Notes: generated from the letters alone by a model not told the origin. A stretch of DNA of 64,000 nt from Andalucia godoyi And28 (GCA_009859145.1 VRVR01000026.1:252446-316445), one strand, 5' to 3'. Positions 10,603 through 22,458 are shown, counted from the stretch's first letter. Made by a program: numbers and translations.

Positions 10603-11119
10603 CAGCCTCCACGACGACGACTGGGACGATGGTTCAAGTGCACTTTGGAAAAAGCCCCCAGTAAAAGAAAGAGCACTCTTTGGAAAATCAAAGTAACTGT
10701 CAGAATACTACTGCCACTGCCACTGCCACTACTACTACCACCACCTCCTCCTCACTGACAGTAACAATGATGTCAGTTTGCGGTTGAAAGAAAACCTCTT
10801 TAAATAGAATGCTTCGCCAGAACGGAGTGTCTGGATTTTCCACCTGTTGTACACGCGCAGGATGAGTCGGGGGAAATGTCAACTTTGAACTTTACAAGAG
10901 GCTTGCGCATGCCACTCAATTTTCTCATGGTGTCGGATGGGCAGCAGGATGAAATGTCCGAAGTTTTTCACTTCGGAAATATTCTGTCTGCCTCTCTCTC
11001 TCTCTCTCTCTCTTTTCCCCCCGCTCCCTTCCATTCTTGGCTTTCGTCATTTTGATTGTGACAAAAAAGGAAAAAAAAGCGATTAAACAAAATAAGAAGA
11101 AGAGAAAAAGAGCGGAAGA

Positions 11120-14026
11120 ATGTCCCGAATTGTGCATGCGTTGTCGGCGATTGAGAACGTGAGATTTCCTTTCGGAGTGCTTTCGCTTGCCAATATATTT
11201 CTCAAGGAAACCTATGGCGGTTGGCTGGAAGTGAAGCGCGGAACCTGTTGTGCTGCGCAGGAGGCGTACTATAATTTTAATGTAGTTCCTTATTATGGGA
11301 ACGATGAAGATTCAAGTGTTTCGGAGTGCGCACTGCGTGAACTGATCGATCCATCGATTGTGGACGTTCATCATTTTGCCGCAGTGTCATTTGCGCAAAT
11401 CGCTGATCTGTTGCAGATTTCCAGCAGAGCGTTCGCAACGCTTTACAATAGATTTCGTGTTTTGCCCGACTGTCCAAAGGAAGATCAGTGCGCTGCTCTC
11501 ACGTACAACTTGCAAGTGACACATGTGCTCCTCAGCGACCTGGACTTTGCATTCTTTCAGCCCTGCAGCCGAGTCCAGTGTGTGCCTGCGACCTTTGCGC
11601 GAGTGCAGTCGGCCCTGCGGCAGCCCGAGAAGTCCCCCAAAATTCTGTATAGTCTGTTCTATTCTGCGGCATACGGCTGGGAGTTGAATGTTCGCGATAC
11701 AACCAGGGAAACCTCCTCCCATGAGAATACAGGCCTTGACTCTCAAGTATCTTCCCCTGACCAAATAGCAAACGAACCGCTGGTGCACGCGGTGCAACCA
11801 ACTGTACATGCAGGAGGACATCATCAACACGAGGAGGAGGAAGAGGAGGAAGGAGAAGGAAGGGAGTCGGAGGATGGTGAGTATGCGGATAATCGCTTTG
11901 GTCGGTTCTTTCGAAGGAGCCTGTGGGCTCCTCGGATGTCCAAGACAAGAGCCGCAGATGTTGACATCGTAGGATGTACATTTTATGCGTTCCCAACCAA
12001 TCTGCAACGCGGGCTGTACGGCCACGAGATGCATGTTGCGCATGCCGAGACCCAGACCGACGTTCCAGATGGAGTACGTGAAGTGGACGAAGCTCGTGAA
12101 GACGGTGCTCGCGCGCAACCTGCCTCCGAGGTAATGAACAGCGGATCAGAGTCCGTGCGTGGAATTCGGTCTCGCACTCGTCTTCGCAAGCGAGAAGTGT
12201 TTGTTCATTCCGAACTTCCGGACTTCTTGAATGATGTGCTGCATTCTTCGTTTTCAATGTCAGGCAGTTGGCACTCTGCTAGAAACGGATACGTGCGCAT
12301 TTCCGCGGGTTCTGATTTCCCTTTCCCAGGCATCCCCGCGGTCCCAAAGCCATTGTATACGTCGTTGATGTTTGCGTTGCTTCAATCAAACCAGCACCAG
12401 AATCAGTGTCTCTTTTCAGACACGGCTTTTTCGGTGCGTGGTTTGCAGAAAGTCACGTCAGCGTCACTCTTGGGTCCGAATAAGCCCCTTGCAATGGAGA
12501 TCTGTGCATCGGTTCAGAGAAGATTTCCTCATCTGTCTCTGGATTGCTCTCGCACACGCAACCCGAACGTTCGATTCGAACGCAAACATGAAATGCAGGT
12601 TCGATGGGGTAGAGGACAGTCTGTTTCGTTTCGAGATTTGGCATTCGTCAAGAGAATGTCGAACGACCAGCGTACCGTAAGTGTCCTTCCGATCTATGCG
12701 AAGCTTGTCCCCATCAGCACAATCATCCCGTTGGAGTTTCGTGACGTCCTCGTTTCCGAACTTCTTTCTCTCCTGCGAAGCATGACGCTGCTCTTGAAAG
12801 TTCGACTTGTGCAAGACGGGACCTGCATCTTGCTGGAGTCCTGTAATCCGAACTGCATATTATCTGCCTCGCAGTTCGCGACGAGCGCTCTTTGTGGCTA
12901 CACGTTTGATGTTCGTGTTCCAGAAGACCCCAAGTTGGACCTGGAAGGGGTCCCGTGTACCCCAAGCGTGGATCGCTGGAGTCCCGACATGTTTGCGAAG
13001 TTCCGAGCGCTTTTATCGGTGCGGCTGGCCGATATGGCGGTGCCAGTGTTACCTGAGAGCATTCATCTTCGAGCTGTCCCGCACTCTGCCTTTGATCTTA
13101 CTCTGTTCTTCTCTCGGCTGGGCGACGTTTGCAGATGTCAGCAATCGTTCAATTCTTTCAAGTCTCATGTGCAGAGTTGCATTTCCGAAATGAACCCTGC
13201 GAATTCTTGCGTGGATCCGAGTTTGGGGTCGAGTGAACCTGTAACCGCCTTGGAATGCTTGCTCTTGTGTAAGCAGCAGACACTGAGACCACTGAATTCC
13301 ACTGCTTCCGGGTACACTCCTGCGAACTGCTGTCTTTCTATTTGTGCTCGATCGGACCGCACATTCATTTCGCTGCCTTGCGGCCACGATGGCTGCTTGA
13401 CGTGCATTCGGGCGCAGTTTTCCCAGATCCAGGCAAATCCCTTTGGGTTTGCTCCGGCGTTTTCTTGTACCCAGTGTTCGGAGCACATTTCTCCCGTTTT
13501 CTTGTCGTCGTTGCTGGACCGCTCCGATGTTCTCGAGTATGCGAGACGAGTGGCTCGTCCCCCTAACTGTTTCCCGTGCCACTCCGCAAACTGTGGACGC
13601 TGGCTGTCCTCGTTTATTCCGAAAGAAGAGAGGAGGTTGTCGGACACTGCATTCACAGTCCGCTGCAGTTCCTGCGAAAGGTTGCATTGCGCTGTGTGTC
13701 GCGGAGAAGATCATCCTGGGCGGTCCTGTTCTGGATCGTCGTTCTTCACTGTGATGGAACGTGGAAAGACCCGCACGTGCCCGAGTTGTCGCACTGCAGT
13801 GACCCGCAATGAAGGTTGCCAGCACATGACTTGCCACTGCGGTACAAATTGGTGTTGGTACTGCGGCAGTGTCATGCCAGATGGGATGATTGGGCGTCAC
13901 AAGCAAGTGTGCCAAGTCGACGTTGCCCAGGAATCGTTTTCAGAGATGGTGGGTCTGCTGACTGCTGACGGAGAAATGCAACTCGACATTGACGTCGAAT
14001 CGGATATTGCAACTCGCGACCAATGA
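11120..14026 (+). CDS. RBR (RING-IBR-RING) E3 ubiquitin ligase with a long uncharacterised N-terminal region
   Basis: RING1 (CLSIC...LPCGHDGCLTC...CTQC), IBR (CHSANC...CSSCERLHCAVCRGEDHPGRSC), Rcat (TCPSCRTAVTRNEGCQHMTCHCGTNWCWYCG). Confidence 0.88.
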   Translation: MSRIVHALSAIENVRFPFGVLSLANIFLKETYGGWLEVKRGTCCAAQEAYYNFNVVPYYGNDEDSSVSECALRELIDPSIVDVHHFAAVSFAQIADLLQISSRAFATLYNRFRVLPDCPKEDQCAALTYNLQVTHVLLSDLDFAFFQPCSRVQCVPATFARVQSALRQPEKSPKILYSLFYSAAYGWELNVRDTTRETSSHENTGLDSQVSSPDQIANEPLVHAVQPTVHAGGHHQHEEEEEEEGEGRESEDGEYADNRFGRFFRRSLWAPRMSKTRAADVDIVGCTFYAFPTNLQRGLYGHEMHVAHAETQTDVPDGVREVDEAREDGARAQPASEVMNSGSESVRGIRSRTRLRKREVFVHSELPDFLNDVLHSSFSMSGSWHSARNGYVRISAGSDFPFPGIPAVPKPLYTSLMFALLQSNQHQNQCLFSDTAFSVRGLQKVTSASLLGPNKPLAMEICASVQRRFPHLSLDCSRTRNPNVRFERKHEMQVRWGRGQSVSFRDLAFVKRMSNDQRTVSVLPIYAKLVPISTIIPLEFRDVLVSELLSLLRSMTLLLKVRLVQDGTCILLESCNPNCILSASQFATSALCGYTFDVRVPEDPKLDLEGVPCTPSVDRWSPDMFAKFRALLSVRLADMAVPVLPESIHLRAVPHSAFDLTLFFSRLGDVCRCQQSFNSFKSHVQSCISEMNPANSCVDPSLGSSEPVTALECLLLCKQQTLRPLNSTASGYTPANCCLSICARSDRTFISLPCGHDGCLTCIRAQFSQIQANPFGFAPAFSCTQCSEHISPVFLSSLLDRSDVLEYARRVARPPNCFPCHSANCGRWLSSFIPKEERRLSDTAFTVRCSSCERLHCAVCRGEDHPGRSCSGSSFFTVMERGKTRTCPSCRTAVTRNEGCQHMTCHCGTNWCWYCGSVMPDGMIGRHKQVCQVDVAQESFSEMVGLLTADGEMQLDIDVESDIATRDQ

Positions 14027-15024
14027 GAGGATTTTCTGGGTGCAATAGCTGTCATCGTCCTACCAACCACCACTCTTGTCGGCTTTTGCACATATCCTCC
14101 TCCCCAACTTAAAAGAAAGAAAAAAGAAAAAAAAAAGCAATCGTTTTACCAAGCAAATAAAGGGTTTCCTTCCTTTTTCGTATTCCACCAACGCTTCGTT
14201 CTTTTGACTCGGTGGTTCTTGCAGGCGTCCATTCTTATTGGCACAAATGGAATGCGGGGAGTGTCAATCACGGGCTGACACGCACGGTTCCACGAAATAG
14301 CCTGGTTCTCTGGAAGGGGCAACTCGGGAAACGCCATATTCGTTTCCACCTGCTAGCGAGTCTGGCCCAAAGAACGCCTACAATGTACACTAACCACGGA
14401 TAATCATCGCTGATCACCCATAATCAATGTTGCAACCTAAGAACATGCACAGCATGATTGGGAAGGGGGTGGGCCCCCAACACGCCCCTCGGCATGAGAG
14501 ATGTCACAGGTCTTGCGCAGCGTTGCGGGCGCGACGTACATGGTGCATTGCATGGACAATAAGAATAAAGAAATGAAATGAGCGTCGCTATGCGAGAATG
14601 CAACGCGGGGGCGTGTGTTATAGGGATTTCATGATCAAAATGGGGGCGAAACGAATCGGGCATCGTGTGACGGAGTTGCTAAGATAGCAAAACACATGCA
14701 CATGGCGCGTGGCAGTGTTTTTGTTTTCGTGCGCTTCAGATTGTTTCATCATATCGCAATAAGTGGCAACGGTTCCATACATAAAAATAAATAAAAAATT
14801 GCTTTTTTACAAGAAATAATAAGACGTACAGCGAATTGTTCGGTATCCGGCGAAACATAAAATGTGAAAGCGCAAGACACGCAGCGAAAAGAGACACAAT
14901 AATGACAACAACAATTAATATGGGGAAAGAGGAAAGAGGAAAGAGGAAAGAGGAAAGAGGAAATCAGAACTGGGAAATAGGGAAGTTTCAGAACGCCAGC
15001 ATTACTATCCCCGATGGGGGGCCA

Positions 15025-16236
15025 CTATCTGACGGAGCCGTTCAAATTACCTGTAAGCCCTCTGTAGCTTCCAGTGTAGCTGGCATGATTGCTCCCTGCG
15101 ACTGAACCCTCATCCTTCCGAATGGGAACCGCCCCGTGGTGATGGTGGTGGAGATGGTGGTGGCCATGATGAGAATAGTAATGGCCGGCAATGTGGGAGC
15201 TTGAAGAGCCGGAGCGCATAATCTGACTGGGATTTCCAGACTGTGGATGGTTACCTCTTCTCTTCCGGTTTCCAAGCAGCCCGACTGCGAAGACCACCAG
15301 CACGGCCGGCACAAGTTCCGTGATGACCAGGATGCAAAGATTCGACCAATTTGTGATTTCGTCCGAGATATCGCCCGAGTCGTTCCCTGGATAAATGTAC
15401 AAGTCCAGCACAAGGTCTCCGGATGCGCGTATCGCAAAAAACACTCCACAGACAACCGCAACAAACGTCAAAGGACTGCTTCCGAAGCCCTCGGCTCGGA
15501 GCCCGTGGTGGAGCCAAATCAATCTAAATCCACAGATCGCAAAAGCAATTGCTGAGGTAAATCCAACCGTCGGGAAGTAGATGACCATGGCAGTGTTTTG
15601 CGTCTGTGGAGACGCGTGTGAAATGTACAATCCAGCATAGATTGCAAGCAACACAACCACCAAAAACAACAGAACGGACCAGAAAAAGAACATTAGTCGA
15701 AACCGAATGACCTGCCGTTGCTTCTGTGTCCGCTCTTTCAGTTCAGAAGCCGTCACCGACGTGAACGCAGGAGCCGTGGCAGAGGCTGACAGTTGGGGCT
15801 TAACCACAGAAGGCCCCAAGATACCTTCTTCAATACCACCACCGCCACTGCCACTACTGCCACTACCATTATGATGATGGTGGTGATGAGAAGATAAGAG
15901 CGATGTCGTTTCCTTGTTCATTTCGAGGGAGAGCAGTAATGTAAGCTCGGCCCACCGAACGATAATCAAGAGTTCTGCAGCATAGACAAACAGCGCCGGG
16001 AAATTCAGCAAAAACGTAAACCAAATCGAGTCTAGATTATCGATTGCATCTGATAACGCAAGAGAAAACAAGATGACGCGAAGCCCAGACGCAATAATCA
16101 GAAATACAAAAAACAGCTTCTGAGTCGCCAGCTGAGGCATATAAATAGTAATCACGACCAACCACGTTACACAAAGTACCAGAAATGCCGCATACAGGCT
16201 AATCTCAATGATGTACAACGTATCAATGTCCAACAT
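15025..16236 (-). CDS. About 7-TM membrane protein, TOM1/THH1 (GPR137-like) family
   Basis: Seven hydrophobic segments; QKLFFVFLIIASGLRVILF...LLNFPALFVYAAELLIIVRWAEL resembles TOM1/GPR137-type proteins; His-rich loop and tail. Confidence 0.65.
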   Translation of the reverse strand: MLDIDTLYIIEISLYAAFLVLCVTWLVVITIYMPQLATQKLFFVFLIIASGLRVILFSLALSDAIDNLDSIWFTFLLNFPALFVYAAELLIIVRWAELTLLLSLEMNKETTSLLSSHHHHHHNGSGSSGSGGGGIEEGILGPSVVKPQLSASATAPAFTSVTASELKERTQKQRQVIRFRLMFFFWSVLLFLVVVLLAIYAGLYISHASPQTQNTAMVIYFPTVGFTSAIAFAICGFRLIWLHHGLRAEGFGSSPLTFVAVVCGVFFAIRASGDLVLDLYIYPGNDSGDISDEITNWSNLCILVITELVPAVLVVFAVGLLGNRKRRGNHPQSGNPSQIMRSGSSSSHIAGHYYSHHGHHHLHHHHHGAVPIRKDEGSVAGSNHASYTGSYRGLTGNLNGSVR

Positions 16237-16736
16237 GGTTCTTCCCCGTCCCCCCCCGGCCTTATATTACCGCTTACTTTGTCCTTTGTACTTGTTGACT
16301 GTAGTCACATACAGCAATCCAACACCCAAATCGAACGACACGACACAACACGCTACGTCACGATGATGCAAAGCGACGCAGGCATTAATTTAAAAAAAAA
16401 ATAATAATTAAAGGAAAAAAAAAAGCCTTGAAAAACGCTAAAGCTTAAGAAACCTGAAGAGAAAACAGAGAGCTTCGAGCCTTTTGGGCTGCCGCTTTGT
16501 GGAACTACGACTGCGGAGGAATGAGGTGTGTTATCTGATTATTTTCATAATGGCTTGATCGATTCGTCTTTTATGTTTTGCAAGGCAGACCAGACCGCAG
16601 CAGATTTTGTCCAAAAAAAAAAGTAAAGTAAAGTAAAATAAATAAATAAATGAACGAATGAAATGGAAGAAATAGCAGAATGCGGTAGACAAGCAGATAG
16701 AAAGAAGGGAGAGGGTGCTGCGACTATAACTACTTC

Positions 16737-18146
16737 CTACCTACGGAAGGACCAGACGGCAGTCGAGTTTGCGACCCCGTGCTGATTATTGGAAAGGGAG
16801 CCGTTTTGCGGAGCGGAAAACCCAAACATGCTGGCGGACGGTGGCTGTTGGATTCCCATTGGTGGCCCGCTGGAGCCTGCGTACATTCCGTTCCCGCCAC
16901 CATACGAAGCTGACGACGCAGAGGGACCGGGTCCATAGGAACTGAGAGGCATCATCATGCCCATACCCATGCCCATGCCCATGCCCATGCTCATCCCCGC
17001 GCCTCCTCCGTTCTGACCTGATGCTGTTTGGACAGGAGTTCCATTCATAAAGTGAGGATGGTCATACGGGATTCCGTTCGAAGGATTTCCACCCCCTTGC
17101 ATCATCGGTACCTCTGTTGGCATATTCGCACTGTTGTTGTTACTGTTATTACTGTTGCTGATGTTGCTGATGTTGTTGCTGGTGCCATTCCCGTTACCGT
17201 TCATCATCATATCAGGCTGCAATCCGCTGATCCACTGCTGGATCGACGAGTGGTTCGGCGCAAGCCCACCGTTCGACCACCCTTGCATCTGGCCATTCTG
17301 AACCTGGCCCTGAGCTTGGATTAAGGGAATAGAATTGGAAGTCGAGATCGAACTTGAGATGGAATGCTGGCGAACGAGGTCGGCAAACAAGTTGCGTTCA
17401 TGAGCCGGAGTCGCATAAAAGATCATTCTGCGAACGGCATTCCGTTCGGATTCCGTGAGCAGCATTGCGTCCCGAAGGTACTGCGTGATTATATCGCCGT
17501 CCTTACGCCGCTTCATGGAGGGCTCCGCAACGCCTGGAGTGGCATTTGCAGCGATGGAGCCGGTCCCATCAATGCGGTCGATCATGCCACCCGCTTCTGG
17601 ATTCCGCTTCTTGGAATAGACTCGGAAGGGCCGCGAGACGAAGGTGGAGCTTGCAGTTGCGGAAGCAATGGGAGTTGCTGCCGGAAACTGGTCTGCGAAG
17701 CGAGCGGACAGTGTTACTCCGAGAACAAACGATGCCTTGGAATGGTGATAGGAGGAATCAGTGAAGCGGAAACGAAAGTACTCGTCGACTGCAAAGTTGC
17801 TAAGCGACAGCGCTGGTTGACATGTTCGTTCAAGCTCCCCTTCAAGAGCCTCTCTCCCGTCCTTCATCACAACATCGCGCTTTTCCGAATGGAGCAGTTC
17901 CACTTTGATTCGGATCGACGGCTGCATGTTCCGGACGGATTCCGGAACCTTGTCGAGCACTACGCGCATCTTGTACGCCTGCGTCAGGAACATCTCGCCA
18001 GGAATCGGATCCAGGGGCTCATCGTTCTTGGCAAGGAGCTTCAGATTTGCACTCGCAAACAAGGACTGTGGGTTCGTAACAGCAAAATTAGCACCCTGCA
18101 ACATCTCGGCTGTCGCCCTGTCCTGCCGATTCTTTTCTACTTGCAT
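16737..18146 (-). CDS. Hypothetical protein, putative transcription factor (beta-rich N-terminal domain plus Q/N/G/M/S low-complexity tail)
   Basis: 469-aa ORF with ATG. Globular N-terminal ~180 aa ends in RPFRVYSKKR (basic, NLS-like); the C-terminal half is low complexity (MGMGMGM, NNSNNN). Confidence 0.7.
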   Translation of the reverse strand: MQVEKNRQDRATAEMLQGANFAVTNPQSLFASANLKLLAKNDEPLDPIPGEMFLTQAYKMRVVLDKVPESVRNMQPSIRIKVELLHSEKRDVVMKDGREALEGELERTCQPALSLSNFAVDEYFRFRFTDSSYHHSKASFVLGVTLSARFADQFPAATPIASATASSTFVSRPFRVYSKKRNPEAGGMIDRIDGTGSIAANATPGVAEPSMKRRKDGDIITQYLRDAMLLTESERNAVRRMIFYATPAHERNLFADLVRQHSISSSISTSNSIPLIQAQGQVQNGQMQGWSNGGLAPNHSSIQQWISGLQPDMMMNGNGNGTSNNISNISNSNNSNNNSANMPTEVPMMQGGGNPSNGIPYDHPHFMNGTPVQTASGQNGGGAGMSMGMGMGMGMGMMMPLSSYGPGPSASSASYGGGNGMYAGSSGPPMGIQQPPSASMFGFSAPQNGSLSNNQHGVANSTAVWSFRR

Positions 18147-19916
18147 GTCTAGTTTTTGTCTCTGCTTCCGTCTTCCGTCCTCCGATTGTCTTCAATCTCT
18201 CCCTCCCTCTCCTTTTTAAAATAGTTAAAAAAGAGAGAGACAGACAGACAGACAGAGAGAGAGGGGGAGAGAGAGGGGGAGAGAGGGAGAGAGAGATAAA
18301 GAAGCGACGCCTTTCTCTTTTCTTAAGCAAACAACAAGAGGTGATTAAAAGAAACAAAAAGCAAATCGTCGTACTATGGTGATCACAGAGTTCCTGGGAG
18401 AATCGATGATGGAAACATGAAAAAAAAATACTGAAAAATAAATAAATGGTGTTTTCTCCGGAGAACAAGAGTCGGCGAAACGACAGTCTGGCAGTATGGC
18501 TCTGTTTTCGAATGCTGCATGGACACTTTCGGGCCGGAGCGATCCGAGCGCCAGAAGAAGCATGGCGAGCAGATGCTGCCAGTTAATACCCCGCCGAAAA
18601 ACAGAACGTCGTAAGGAAACGGTGGTGGAAGGTACCAGTGGCGTACGAGCAAGGGCGCAAAGTGCTGATACATGGAAGGGTACAAGAGGATGACGTGTTG
18701 TACCAGTGCGTCAAGCATGCCTCATCAGATATCGGCTGGGTTCCACGTTGGGTAATCGAAAGGCAGCCTTGCTGGGCTCCGATCGGACGCAGGTCTGCTA
18801 CGCTCGACAATCTTTACGGGCACAAATGGAAGTCGGCCATGCTTCTTGTAAGCAGAAAGTGGATAAACCGGGAACTTCAGGGCTCTCCCCGACCGACTTC
18901 TCCCTGCACACTCGAATCGGTGAATCGTCGAATCATCGGGAGGAAGCAGCCGAAAGCATGAACAATCAAAGGAAATGGAGCGCGAATGCTCGTGCGCCCC
19001 AGCACCAGCGTAACAGGCGTGGGCATGCCACCGAAAATGGTAACAGCTTCCTGCAACGACGACTGTCCCAAAAGTCGAAAAGGGACTGCCTGTCTGGCTC
19101 GACTGCGCACGCAAGCCCGGGAAATTGCAGCAATGTCTGGTTGAACTGGCGTTGTAACAAAAATACCATTGTGCGAGCTGAACCGGGCTCGCTGTTCCCA
19201 AGCACGCCCCCCTCCACGCCCCGCCCCGCCCACCTTTCCCAAAGCAATTCCTTAAAATTGATGCCCATGCGAGTTGCGAGTTGCGAGTTGCGCACCCCGC
19301 ACTGCTGAAAAGCGCAACGCCGCCGCACGCATGTCTTGCAGAAACAGCAAGTGAATGATTGTGGATGTATTTTTCGGTTGGCCGTCTTTTCCACGAAGAG
19401 CTAACAAAAAAACGCTTACCTGTGTTTTCAATTAGTTTTGCATCCTACTTCCGAAATTCGCAGACTTCAGGGATGGCTTTTGAAGGGCAAGCGGCGGATG
19501 CGATGCAAGACCGTGTGCCAGATGCTGTCGTGGGTGCTGGCGCCATTGTGAGTTTCATCAGCGATTGTTGGATGGCGGATTGGTTGTGATTGGAACGGTG
19601 ATGCGCAGCATTTACCATTACGAATGCTTAAGTGCGTGCTGGGGGCCAGTCCCGTTTTCCCCGGTGCTGCAGCGCAGTCCAGGGTTGCAACATTGATTTT
19701 ATGATGCATAGGCAGCGATGGCTATGTATGATCAGAGTACAAGGGAGGCACGGGAGTATGGTGCACCAGATACGTATCACCACCGACAACAACTGCAACC
19801 ACCAACTCGACAAATTGCCGTTTTGCCATTAGCTTTTTCTTTCTTTCTTTCTCTTTCATTTCCCCCTTCATTTTCTTCATTTTTTTTGTTTGTTGTTGGT
19901 GTGCACTTGAAAGTCG

Positions 19917-22458
19917 CTATGAAGCTGGCGAATCACCAGCGACTTCCTCCTCCTTGAAGAGAAGCTTCACAGACGGAAGAATTAGAGGCAGGACAGCGGC
20001 ATCTTTGAAGCGGATGCGCATCAGGTCAAATGCAATGCAGGTGCACTCCTTGTAGGACTCGTCGAATGCGGGGATCTTTGGATACCGCTGACTGAAATGA
20101 GTCAGCACAGTCCGCCAAGCATGCATTTCGGAGCCGACCGAAACGGCTTCCCCAGTGGTGGAATGATTCTTGGCCAGAGCTTCTTCGAGCAACGCGTCTT
20201 CAAATGTCGCTTCATGCACACAAAAGGTTGCGTTCATCCCCGCAGTCACCAATCGGTGGCATGGCCGCGTGTCTCCCGAGTAGACAAGCTTCCATCCGTC
20301 ACGATGTTCCAAGATGAGGCCGTATGCATCGCGACAGTGAAAGACCGGGACATTTGCGACACGCGTGAGGCCAAACTTGTCCAAAAAGAAGCGAGTATGC
20401 AGCGGCTCGGGACTATGTGTCGAGCCAGGCGGCGTAATCTGATCGCATGCCAGGAACTGATACGGAATTCGTTGCGACGCATTCATGAATTCGTCCAACC
20501 ACTTTTTGAGGAAGGAGGGGCCAATGACGAAGATTGGGTTGCGGTCACCAGCTGCGGATCCCAGCAGTTCATGACGGACAAACATGAAGTGCACGAGTCC
20601 GATGTGGTGGTCGCCGTGCATGTGCGAAATCCACACAGCATCCGTGTGGGAAATGACCTCGTCTGCATTCTTGCCATACAGTCGACGAATTTGGTAGATG
20701 GATGCTTCTCCCGAATCGATCAGCAAGTTCGCAGACAGATTGTCGAAGCAGAGCATGATCCCTGATACATTCCGGTACTTGGACGGCATTGCAGAGCCTG
20801 TTCCGAGAAAAACCAATTCCGCATCTCGGCTGGTCCCCGAAATGGAATTGGGAAGCACATTCGATGCCATGTAGTCAAGCATGCTGGATTTCATTATCGA
20901 TATGGAAGGCGACAAGTCCGGTATCTTGGACTGGATTTGCTGAACGTATTCTGCATATGACAGCGGTACCGCACAAGTCGACGCATCAAACCCGGACGGG
21001 CGAAGCGGGGCCAGGTGGTACGTCAGCATGCAGTCACCGCGGCATACCTTTCCAGAAACTAGTTTTCCAAAAACGTCATTAAAAAAAAAAAGTCAGTATG
21101 TTCAACAAACCCGAACGCAACAAGATGTTTAGAAGATGATGACACACAAAAAAGAAGCAAAACGAAAGAGACATGCAATTGAGTTCCGAGGTTGGGATCA
21201 TGAGATCCGAGAGATGCCCGTTGACATAGAGGTGATCTTCAAAAGGGAAATACTGCGGACACACATAGTTGAGCAGTGCCTGCGCCTTGACGGATGATAC
21301 GTACGGATGATTGTATCTTGTGAACGACGAAGCTGTGATGATATGGCTTGCATCGGGACCAAATGCCGAAGCAAATCGCACGTAGGTGGGATGTGTCAGA
21401 ACGTTTTCCGGGGCAGCATGAACCATTACGACACGAGATGGATTCATGCAATCGGCGCAATGTGGATGATACCTGCTCCACACAGACTTCTCAACCAGCA
21501 CATTCATGTGCTCTACTGTTGGGCAGTCCACCAAGATGATGACAGGCCCTGGAGTTGGTGGGCCGATGACATCACACGGAGCAATGATGCGCCCATCTTC
21601 CAACGTAATCGACTCGCCTTTCGTTAACTTTCCGTACGACGGACCCTTTGGTACACCAAGCCTTGCGGCTTTGACTGCGTCAAACTTGCCTGGAACGTCC
21701 ACCAAATGAACAATGTACGTCAACACAACGTCATTAGATCCAGGTGAATACGAGTCGAATCCAAGGTTTCCGACTACGCTGTCCAATATCTGATCTTCCA
21801 ATGTGTGGTCTTGCATACCTTCCGGCCGACACATTTCCTCTTCTTGCCCCATCTGATCGTCATCACCAACTTCGCCATCTTGTAGACTCGTTTCGGAAAA
21901 GCTGCAAATTCGCCGATCTGCAACATCAGCCAGCTTGGCAGCCGCAGAAAACAAGACTGTCTTCAGCGACGGGAATCGGATGTTTTCATTGCGTGCAGAT
22001 GCTCCATCGTCCCTGTCGGTGACGACGGTTCTGGAGGACCAGGACGACACACTGAGCACCGTTATGCGCTCATCCTTGAAAATCGGCTTTTGAAAATCCA
22101 CAAAGTCACAGCAATCGGCAATGCAGTGTGCACCAAACGACAATAAGTTTCTGTGAATGAAGTACCGAGTCGCAGAGAGCATGTGCGCGATGTTTTGCGG
22201 TCCGTGGATCATAAGGTCCAAAGGACCATGTGTTGACATTGTAAGCAGCAGTCCTGGAAGCCCGCCCAACCGCTTCGGATGGATTTGCGATACAAAAATG
22301 TTCTTCACCACAGAAGACATCTTCACCCGCATCTCATTGATGATCCGCTGGCAACCTTCGCCAACATTGAACAAGTATCTTTGGTCGTCGAAAAAGAGCA
22401 GAATCGACTGTCCCGAAATCTCGCCCTCAGGCGCCAACACCTGCAACAAACACTTCAT
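19917..22458 (-). CDS. ELAC2: Ribonuclease Z, long form (tRNase ZL, ELAC2/Trz1); exons 22458-21177 and 21058-19917, 807 aa
   Basis: N-terminal YLFNVGEGCQR and GGLPGLLLT; flexible arm GKFDAVKAARLGVPKGP; C-terminal LGTGSAMPSKYRN, HMHGDH (HxHxDH), YSGDT, HEATF, HSTT, LTHFSQRYPK. The two track ORFs join in frame through a 118-nt intron. Confidence 0.93.
21059..21176 (-). other. Predicted GC-AG spliceosomal intron (118 nt) in RNase Z
   Basis: Donor GCATGT (compare GTATGT in other introns here), T-rich body, TACTGAC branch-like motif, acceptor AACTAG. The phase-1 join restores the frame (total CDS 2424 nt). Confidence 0.7.
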
